Shown here: in pieces, positions 1 through 7,279 of the stretch
Layout of the letters: each line of letters opens with the position of its first letter
Position numbering within the stretch: the stretch's first letter is position 1
DNA from: Rhodothermia bacterium
GTDB lineage: Bacteria > Bacteroidota > Rhodothermia > Rhodothermales > JABDKH01
Assembly (NCBI GenBank): GCA_030431165.1
Contig: JAUIJQ010000001.1
Coordinates: 1-29,226, forward strand
Direction: 5' to 3'
Length of the DNA stretch: 29,226 bases
Position numbers and translations under genes: made by a program
The notes under the pieces: model-generated
Database searches by the model: none
What the model was told of the DNA's origin: nothing
What the model saw: only the letters and a program-made list of their open reading frames with translations

Positions 1-2081
1 CGGTAAACCGTACCCGCCGCAACGTAGTCACCCTCAGAGGCATACAGCACCCCGAGCCGCTCCAGAACAACGCCCTTTTCCCGAAGGATGTCGTCCGTTT
101 CTTCACCCGCCTCGGCCGCACGCTCAAGGAATCGGAGCGCCGTGTGATAGTGGCGGCCCGCCTCATCCTGATGCCCGATGTTCGGAAAGTTCGGATTACC
201 CGTGTAGTCGCCCAGTTTGACGTACGCGCTCGCAAGCCGGTAGAAATTCCGGGTACTTTCGACTTCGGATGAAACCCTGAAGGAGTGTGCCATCACCGCC
301 GCGCTGATATCTGCAACCGCTGAATCGGGACGCCCCAGCGATGCGAACACGGCAGCGCGCGCCTCAAGCAGCTGTGCGTTTACGAGAGCCGCCGCACTCC
401 TTATCGAATCCGCCGACGACCGCCGCGCAATGTTGGCGGTAGAGAAGTCGTCCAGGTCAAGCACGCCGATGCGCTCTATAGCGGATAGTCCCTTGCGATA
501 GCTGTCCATCGCATCCGACACAAGTCCGAGATTGGCATTGATCGGATTTCCCATCACGTTCCCGATCCTGAGATACGCTCGGGCGACATCCAGCGTCAAC
601 TCATGGTCGCTCTCCGGTTCGGTCGACAGTTTGTCGAGGTACTCGAGCGAACGACGCACAATGGTTTCGCGCACCCTCGTTGCACCGGGAATCTCAGTCA
701 GTGCATCATGGACGTCAAACACGAGGTCCCCCGCCACCGCTCGCGCATAGCCGAACTTTCTCTCAGCGGAGTCGCGCTCTCTGGCCGCAATCGTTGCCTG
801 ACTCAGCGTCCCGGCCAATCCCGCGACAAGTGCAACAAACAGGACGACAAGTCCGGACAGCGCTCTACGATGCCTGCGCACAAAAAGGCGCGCCCGGTAA
901 CGGCCCGAGTCAGGTACCGCCGAAACCGGAAGCTGCCGCAACACCTGACGAATGTCGCGCGCCAGTTCGTCGACGGTTGCGTACCGGCGGTCAACCGACG
1001 GCTCGATTGAGCGCCGCACAACCGCGGCAAGATCACCAAGAGACAGACCGGTCGCGCGCTGTGCAGGATTCTGTTCGAGCCCCTCGGTCAGTACCTCCGG
1101 CTTTCTGTTTAGAATCGCCGCAAGCGCCGCGCTTGGCTCCGGACTCGGGATGTCACACGGCCGCACCCCGACAAGCAGCTCGTGTAATACGACACCCAGT
1201 GAGTAGACATCGGATGCCGTCGTAATCGGCTCCGAGCTGAACTGCTCGGGGGAGGCGTAGTTCGGCGTGAGTCCGCGCATGGGCGTACCCGAAGAAATCG
1301 CGGCCTGATCGCCAGTAGTCGCCGCGTCGGCGCCGCCCCGAAGCAGGCCGGCAACGCCAAAATCAAGAAGCTTTACGGCTCCGTGATCGTCGACGAAAAT
1401 GTTCGAGGGCTTGAGGTCGCGATGAATAACAAGGCTTCGATGAGCGTGTGCGACGGCGCCGCACACCTGGAGAAAAAGCTGAAGCCGCTGCCTCACATCG
1501 AGGGACCTGGATTCAGCATAGCTGGTGAGCGGCTGCCCCGACACCAGCTCCATAACGATGAACGGTGCCCCACGGTCTGATACGCCGAGGTCGTAAAGCC
1601 GAGCGATGTTGGCGTGTTCCAGCCTGGCCAGCAGCTTGCCCTCGGCCTGGAGTCGCTCCCTTAGTTGTCGTGTACCCCGGGTAGGCTCAATAACTTTTAT
1701 GGCGACAGCTCTGTCGTAGGCACCATCCGCCCTTCGTCCCTTGTAGACGCTGCCCATGCCGCCGCGGGCGATGAGTTCACCAACCAGCCAGGGACCAAGT
1801 CGGGAGCCCGACGCAACGGCAATCTCGCCCACGCCGGCGAAGTTGATCGGTGGCTGCTCGAGCGTCGACGAAGCCTCCTCCTCTGCGTGGACCGCGAGAA
1901 GCTGAAGCACGTCATCGAACAGTGCGCGGTCATCGCCACAGGCAGATTCCAGCCACGAAAGACGCGACGCCGTATCCTGTTCAACTGCGTCGGCGAAGAG
2001 TCGCTTCGTCTCCTGCCATCGCGCAACGACAGCCGGGTCGGTCGGATGGGGCGTGTCTGACGTGTCCGACGAATCCGTCAC
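1..2081 (-). CDS. Membrane Ser/Thr (Hanks-type) protein kinase with C-terminal TPR-like region; 3' end truncated by window edge
   Basis: Not in the ORF track (no stop in window). Manual translation from GTG 2081, which overlaps the ECF stop as GTGA, is open to position 1: IARGGMGSVY, VAIK, HRDLKPSN (1424-1401), DFG, TPNYASPEQ, DVYSLG, TM segment ALSGLVVLFVALVAGLAGTL, then helical repeats with GNPINANLG and GNPNFPNIG. Confidence 0.93.
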   Translation of the reverse strand, partial: MTDSSDTSDTPHPTDPAVVARWQETKRLFADAVEQDTASRLSWLESACGDDRALFDDVLQLLAVHAEEEASSTLEQPPINFAGVGEIAVASGSRLGPWLVGELIARGGMGSVYKGRRADGAYDRAVAIKVIEPTRGTRQLRERLQAEGKLLARLEHANIARLYDLGVSDRGAPFIVMELVSGQPLTSYAESRSLDVRQRLQLFLQVCGAVAHAHRSLVIHRDLKPSNIFVDDHGAVKLLDFGVAGLLRGGADAATTGDQAAISSGTPMRGLTPNYASPEQFSSEPITTASDVYSLGVVLHELLVGVRPCDIPSPEPSAALAAILNRKPEVLTEGLEQNPAQRATGLSLGDLAAVVRRSIEPSVDRRYATVDELARDIRQVLRQLPVSAVPDSGRYRARLFVRRHRRALSGLVVLFVALVAGLAGTLSQATIAARERDSAERKFGYARAVAGDLVFDVHDALTEIPGATRVRETIVRRSLEYLDKLSTEPESDHELTLDVARAYLRIGNVMGNPINANLGLVSDAMDSYRKGLSAIERIGVLDLDDFSTANIARRSSADSIRSAAALVNAQLLEARAAVFASLGRPDSAVADISAAVMAHSFRVSSEVESTRNFYRLASAYVKLGDYTGNPNFPNIGHQDEAGRHYHTALRFLERAAEAGEETDDILREKGVVLERLGVLYASEGDYVAAGTVY

Positions 2082-2659
2082 GAGGCAATTTCCCGGCGAA
2101 GCCAGGCCCGGGCTGATGTCCACTCGCGTTTCACGGTCGTCGGAGAAAGTCCGAGTACTTCTGCTGTCTCCCCGATCGTCAACCCGACGAAATACCTCAG
2201 TTCCACAATCTGTCCCTGCCGGTCGTCCATGCCGCTCAGCCTGTGGAGTGCCTCATCAAGTGCAAGAATCTCACCCGCCTTTTCGTCCGCGACGAGCTCC
2301 AGGCCGTGCAGTGACTCGGGGGCCATGTCGCCACCGCGCTTCTCTGCGCGGGATCGGCGGGAGTAGTCAACCAGAATGTGCCGCATGGCACGCGAGGCGA
2401 CGCGGAAGAAGTGCGCGCGATCGGCCCAGCGCCCGCTGTTTCCCGTCATGCGCTCGTACGCTTCGTGTACGAGGGCCGTCGTGTTCAGCGTCTCAGCGGC
2501 CGGATTTCGGGCACGGACGCGACGAGCCAATGCCCGGAGTTCTCCGTACAGAAGGGGCAACATGGCGTCGAAAGCGCTCTGATCGCCTGATCGCGCCCGC
2601 TCCAGGAGCACGTCAACCGTTGGCTCAGCCGGTACGCCGTTTTCGGCCGGTGTATCCAT
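2078..2659 (-). CDS. ECF RNA polymerase sigma factor, TIGR02999/ECF43-like (kinase-associated)
   Basis: LYGELRALAR, TLNTTALVHEAY, RAHFFRVASRAMRHILVD, and region 4 IVELRYFVGLTIGETAEVLGLSPTTVKREW. Start taken as ATG 2659; ATG 2689 is the alternative. Confidence 0.92.
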   Translation of the reverse strand: MDTPAENGVPAEPTVDVLLERARSGDQSAFDAMLPLLYGELRALARRVRARNPAAETLNTTALVHEAYERMTGNSGRWADRAHFFRVASRAMRHILVDYSRRSRAEKRGGDMAPESLHGLELVADEKAGEILALDEALHRLSGMDDRQGQIVELRYFVGLTIGETAEVLGLSPTTVKREWTSARAWLRREIAS

Positions 2660-2755
2660 CAACACGTTCTGTGCTACTACAGGACCCATCTATTCGGGCC
2701 ACTAGTCTATCATTAACGTACATTTTTGGCCAGTCTGCCATAACGAAATCCTAAA

Positions 2756-5700
2756 ATGCCTATCAAAGCGATTTTCTCCGTCCTGGCCGTGGTTCTGTTG
2801 GCGGGCTGCGGCTCCGTCGAACAGCCCGACCAAGTTCTGATCTTCAGTAAGACCGCGGGGTTCAGGCACTCGTCGATTGAAACGGGCGTCGATGCCGTCT
2901 CCAGGATCGCACTGAATCAGGGATATCAGGTCACTCATACTGAAGACGCCGGGTACTTCACCGAAGACTCCCTTCGACGCTTCGCCGCCGTTGTGTTCCT
3001 GAATACTACCGGCGACGTCCTCGACCCGCTGCAGCAGGCTGACTTCGAGCGCTACATCCAGGCGGGCGGTGGCTACCTGGGCATCCATGCTGCATCTGAC
3101 ACAGAATATGGTTGGCCCTGGTACGGCAGACTCGTGGGGGCGTACTTCATCAACCATCCGCGCATTCAGGAGGCCGCTGTCGAAGTACTCGACACCACAC
3201 ACCCGGCAACGGCACACCTCCCGGCAACGTGGACTCGCACGGATGAATGGTACAACTTTGACAAGGCACCCGAGCACGTCACCGTACTCGCGCGGCTTGA
3301 TGAATCATCATACGAGGGTGGCGGGATGGACGGCAACCATCCCATCACCTGGTACCACGAGTATGACGGCGGTCGTGCATTCTACACCGCCATGGGGCAC
3401 ACCGAGGAGACGTACGCTGAACCCGACTTCGTCAGCATGATCGACGGCGCGCTCGCCTGGCTCACCGACAACGGCGGACTTGACTACGCACGCTCCCGCT
3501 TTGATCGTCCGCCCGACGAAAACCGGTTCTCGCGCGAGATTCTCGCTGCCGGACTCGACGAACCGATGGAGCTTGAGATTCTCGATGAGGACCGCGTCGT
3601 GTTCGTGGAACGGAAAGGAAACCTCCGGATGTTCAACCGCGCAACCGGCAACCTGCGGACAGTCGCTACGATCCCAGTCTACACGGGCCAGGAAGATGGC
3701 CTGCTTGGCATCGCCAAAGACCCGGCCTTTCGCGAGAACGGGTGGATCTACCTTTTCTACTCCCCACCTGATGGCCTGCCGCGTCAGCATGTATCGCGAT
3801 TTACAATGGTCGGCGATTCAATCGACATCGCATCAGAGTCGATTGTGATTACCATTCCCGTGCAGCGGGACCAGTGTTGCCATGCGGGGGGCTCGCTCGA
3901 GTTTGGTCCACACGGCAATCTTTTTATTTCAGTTGGTGACGACACAAATCCGTTCGCATCTGACGGGTTTGCGCCAATCGACGAACGCGCGGGGCGTGCG
4001 CCGTGGGATGCGCAGCGCACGTCGGCAAACGCCAACGACCTGAGGGGAAAGGTGCTTCGCATTACGCCGACGCCCGAGGGTTCGTACACAATACCCGACG
4101 GCAACCTTTTTCCCGAGGGCACCGAAGGCACCCGCCCGGAGATCTACGCGATGGGCCTGCGTAACCCGTACAGGATCTCCGTTGATCCGTACTCCGGGTA
4201 TCTATACTGGGGCGACGTTGGGCCGGATGCCGGATCCGACAACCCCGATCGCGGTCCACGGGGATACGACCACGTCAACCAGGCACGCACGGCAGGATTC
4301 TGGGGCTGGCCGTATACGCGGGGGAATCGGTATCCCTACAACGACTATGATTTTGCTGCCGGCGAATCACACGATCGGTTTGACCCTGACGCACCGATCA
4401 ACGACTCACCCAACAACACCGGTATACGCGAACTGCCCGCCATCCAGAAACCATTCATCTGGTACCCCTACGAAGAAAGCACCGAGTTTCCCTGGACGGG
4501 CAAAGGGGGCCGCACCGCCATGGCCGGACCCATCTACAGCCGCCGCGCGGCCTCAGGTTCAGCAGATGCGTTCCCGGCATACTTCGACGGCAAGCTGATC
4601 GTCTACGAGTGGATGCGCGACTGGATCAACGTGGTCACGATGACCGAAGCGGGGGATTTCGAGAAGGCTGATCCATTCTTGCCGAATGCACGTTTTAACA
4701 ATCCGACCGACATGGCATTTGGTCCGGATGGTGCGCTGTACGTGCTTGAATACGGCGAGGCGTGGTTTGCCCAGAACGCTGATGCGCGACTCAATCGCAT
4801 CTCGTTCACGAGTGGCAACAGACCGCCGGTAGCCGCGATCTCGGTCGACAAAAGCGCGGGTGCAGCGCCGTTGCGCGTGCAGGCCGACGCCGTTGAATCG
4901 GGCGACCCCGATGACGACCCCCTCCGCTATACATGGATGCTGGACGGCGAACCCGTCGATTCCGCCACTGGGTCAAGCACGGCCACGGTTGACATCGCAG
5001 AGCCGGGCACCCATGAGCTTGTCGTTGTGGTCTCTGATCCCGGCGGATTAACCGCGCGGGGCACGACAACGTTGACCGTCGGCAACGAACCACCGAAGGT
5101 AGCGATCACCCTGAACGGCAATCAGCGATACTTCTGGCCAGGGCGCACCCTGAACTGGCGGATAGCTGTCTCTGACGACGAAGACGGCACAGTCGGCAGC
5201 GGCATCGAGGCAGGCGCCGTGGAAGCCGCGCTCCTCGTTGAGCCACACTTTCGGGGTGGCGCCGAGGAAGAACAGGCGTATGCCGGCGCCGAAATGATCG
5301 GGCGCTCAGACTGCGGAGCATGCCACGCCATCGACAGACAGATCAACGGTCCGGCGTGGCGTGACGTTGCAACGCGTTATACCGACGCCGACATCCCCTA
5401 CCTGACCCGGAAGATCATCAACGGGGGGTCGGGTGTTTGGGGTGAAACGGTCATGGCAGCGCATCCGCAGCTCAAACCGGCTGATGTCGAAACGATGGTT
5501 CGCTACATCCTCGCGACGGGTAACGCAGCAACCAATTACCCGATTGATCTGGACGGACAGCGTGGCCTGCGCGATATCGCCACCAATGCGGAGGCCGTCT
5601 CGCTAACGGCCAGTTATCGGGACCGGGGACAAGACGGCGTGCCGACACTGCAAACCACGACGCGAATCCGACTCGAACAGCCGACACTACAGGCGGAGGC

Positions 5701-6082
5701 GGCGCAGTACAGGAGCGAAGGGGTTGTTCTGCACACGGCAAATGGCTCGTACCACTTGCACGAACTCACCAACGGGAGCTTCTTCGGGTTTGACGCGGTC
5801 GATCTGACGGATATGCGGTCAGTTACCGTCGGGTACTACATCACGGAGAACTATCACTATAACGGGACGGTCGAACTCCACGCTGATGCACCTGACGGAC
5901 CGCTGCTCGGCTCGCAGTCGGTTTCTTTCAACGAAAAAGCAGTGGCGCGCCCAACACGGCGCATGACGCTCGACAAGTCAGCCCTTGGCTCAGACCAGCG
6001 GCGAAGCTTGTATCTCGTCTTCCGGAATGCAGATCCGCAGCGCTATGTCGCACTGGTAGACTGGGTCCAGCTCAACCCGTGA
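2756..6082 (+). CDS. Lipoprotein: ThuA-like domain + PQQ-dependent sugar dehydrogenase (GSDH) beta-propeller + PKD + cytochrome c + C-terminal CBM6-like domain
   Basis: 1108 aa. Lipobox LLAG-C18; ThuA motifs FSKTAGFRHSSI, GIHAASD, DEWYNF, YTAMGH; GSDH motifs CCHAGG, DLRGKVLRI, YAMGLRNPYR, FGPDGALYVLEYG; PKD NRPPVA; CGACH at 5312-5326 with distal MAAH; C-terminal VELHADAPDGPLLG...LYLVF...DWVQL. Confidence 0.85.
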   Translation: MPIKAIFSVLAVVLLAGCGSVEQPDQVLIFSKTAGFRHSSIETGVDAVSRIALNQGYQVTHTEDAGYFTEDSLRRFAAVVFLNTTGDVLDPLQQADFERYIQAGGGYLGIHAASDTEYGWPWYGRLVGAYFINHPRIQEAAVEVLDTTHPATAHLPATWTRTDEWYNFDKAPEHVTVLARLDESSYEGGGMDGNHPITWYHEYDGGRAFYTAMGHTEETYAEPDFVSMIDGALAWLTDNGGLDYARSRFDRPPDENRFSREILAAGLDEPMELEILDEDRVVFVERKGNLRMFNRATGNLRTVATIPVYTGQEDGLLGIAKDPAFRENGWIYLFYSPPDGLPRQHVSRFTMVGDSIDIASESIVITIPVQRDQCCHAGGSLEFGPHGNLFISVGDDTNPFASDGFAPIDERAGRAPWDAQRTSANANDLRGKVLRITPTPEGSYTIPDGNLFPEGTEGTRPEIYAMGLRNPYRISVDPYSGYLYWGDVGPDAGSDNPDRGPRGYDHVNQARTAGFWGWPYTRGNRYPYNDYDFAAGESHDRFDPDAPINDSPNNTGIRELPAIQKPFIWYPYEESTEFPWTGKGGRTAMAGPIYSRRAASGSADAFPAYFDGKLIVYEWMRDWINVVTMTEAGDFEKADPFLPNARFNNPTDMAFGPDGALYVLEYGEAWFAQNADARLNRISFTSGNRPPVAAISVDKSAGAAPLRVQADAVESGDPDDDPLRYTWMLDGEPVDSATGSSTATVDIAEPGTHELVVVVSDPGGLTARGTTTLTVGNEPPKVAITLNGNQRYFWPGRTLNWRIAVSDDEDGTVGSGIEAGAVEAALLVEPHFRGGAEEEQAYAGAEMIGRSDCGACHAIDRQINGPAWRDVATRYTDADIPYLTRKIINGGSGVWGETVMAAHPQLKPADVETMVRYILATGNAATNYPIDLDGQRGLRDIATNAEAVSLTASYRDRGQDGVPTLQTTTRIRLEQPTLQAEAAQYRSEGVVLHTANGSYHLHELTNGSFFGFDAVDLTDMRSVTVGYYITENYHYNGTVELHADAPDGPLLGSQSVSFNEKAVARPTRRMTLDKSALGSDQRRSLYLVFRNADPQRYVALVDWVQLNP

Positions 6083-6974
6083 GTCCGGTAGGCTCCGGGA
6101 GGGCTTCAGACAGCACCGAGGTGACGTGTTCAGGGAGCGGGGCGAAATCGGTAACGTTGCGGAAGCGCTGTAGCGTTGACCCAGCAGCCTCAGAATCCGG
6201 ATTGTTTGCGCCGGCACCCGATACAATGTCGTTGATGTTGACGGTCCTGAAATCGAGACTGAAGCGCGTCTGATTTGTATCGTTGGGGACCGTTGCGTGC
6301 AGGTGCGCCGCAGAGAAGAGCACCAGGGCTCCCGGCTGCAATACGGGCTTGAACGCGGTGCCGGGATCAACGTGCTCTTCCGACTCCGGACATGGCACGT
6401 CGTCACCCGTCACGGGTATGTATCCGTCGTTCGGCGCTTCCGACAACTCGTCAGCACTGAACTGTCCCGACGAGTTTTCTACATGACGCTCCCAGTACTC
6501 CGGATAAAACGCGATACCGTTTTCAGCAGACATTTCGAAGACCGGCATCCACCAGTTGATCTGCATCCTTGGGGCGGCATACCACAGGTCCCGGTGCGGG
6601 CGCAAAGGCCGCGCCGGCCCAACCGCCAGATGGTCGGTGTTCGTCATTGTCCGCGCGACCGGTCCCTCGAAGTACGTTTCTGACACGTTGCATTTCATGT
6701 CGGCAACGATCTGGCAAACGAGGCTGCGAACGGTCGGGTCGGATGCGATGCGCCGCTTTGCCGCGCGTAGAATATCGACGGTCTCAGTTGCGGTGACAGA
6801 GCGGTGCGCGTCGAGCGGGTTCAGGGGCGTAAACGCCTCCCAGAAAAGGTCACGCGTGTACGCCGCAAGCTTCACGCTGGCGGTCGTTGGCTCGGCGATC
6901 ACGATGTCGCCCTGAAATATGCGGTGCCTGAGGTCGCCTCTGTCGAACGACGCGCCGCATTGAATCACGTTCAT
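6072..6974 (-). CDS. 2-oxoglutarate/Fe(II)-dependent oxygenase-like protein (PhyH-like), substrate unknown
   Basis: HxD in LRPHRDLWY, INWWMP, distal His in LFSAAHLHAT, RFSLDFR. Start taken as ATG 6974; the track's GTG 7169 extension reads through a DNA repeat. Overlaps the 3' end of the ThuA gene by 11 bp. Confidence 0.7.
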   Translation of the reverse strand: MNVIQCGASFDRGDLRHRIFQGDIVIAEPTTASVKLAAYTRDLFWEAFTPLNPLDAHRSVTATETVDILRAAKRRIASDPTVRSLVCQIVADMKCNVSETYFEGPVARTMTNTDHLAVGPARPLRPHRDLWYAAPRMQINWWMPVFEMSAENGIAFYPEYWERHVENSSGQFSADELSEAPNDGYIPVTGDDVPCPESEEHVDPGTAFKPVLQPGALVLFSAAHLHATVPNDTNQTRFSLDFRTVNINDIVSGAGANNPDSEAAGSTLQRFRNVTDFAPLPEHVTSVLSEALPEPTGLTG

Positions 6975-6992
6975 TAGTATACTTTCAGCCGG

Positions 6993-7103
6993 GTACTCTT
7001 CGGACAATACTTTTGGACAATATTTCGGACAGTACTCTCGGAAGTACTTTCGGACAGTGCGTTCTGACAGTACGTTCGGACAGTACGTTCTGACACTCTC
7101 GGA
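6993..7103. repeat. Degenerate 12-14 bp tandem array, consensus GTAC(T/G)TTCGGACA, 8 units plus a partial
   Basis: Units: gtactcttcggaca, atacttttggaca, atatttcggaca, gtactctcggaa, gtactttcggaca, gtgcgttctgaca, gtacgttcggaca, gtacgttctgaca, then ctctcgga. Confidence 0.92.
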
Positions 7104-7279
7104 GTGTGACCTCCGGATGCCCGACGGGGATTGAGATGCCCCGAGTAGGACCAGATAGTCGCACGTCACGATGACACGAACCGTGCCGATCCCGAAAATG
7201 GGCGATTGGTGCGTGCGTAGACATGTTGCGGTGCGTGCACGCCGCCGGGCTGTATCATACTGAGACCAATTCCTGTCCC

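Noticed and set aside
700-1700. Possible frameshift in the kinase, since it is absent from the ORF track
   Set aside because: Manual translation shows one open frame from 2081 to 1; it is missing only because its stop is outside the window.
2717-2730. Bacteroidota-type -7 box (TAnnTTTG) upstream of the ThuA gene
   Set aside because: TACATTTTTG is off by one and no matching -33 element was found.
6993-7103. CRISPR interpretation of this and the other two arrays
   Set aside because: Units are adjacent with no unique spacers, two arrays have units too short for CRISPR repeats, and no cas genes are present.
6975-7169. 65-aa N-terminal extension of the oxygenase in the ORF track
   Set aside because: It is the translation of the DNA repeat (YCPK/VLSE); not called coding without evidence, but kept as a hypothesis in the findings.
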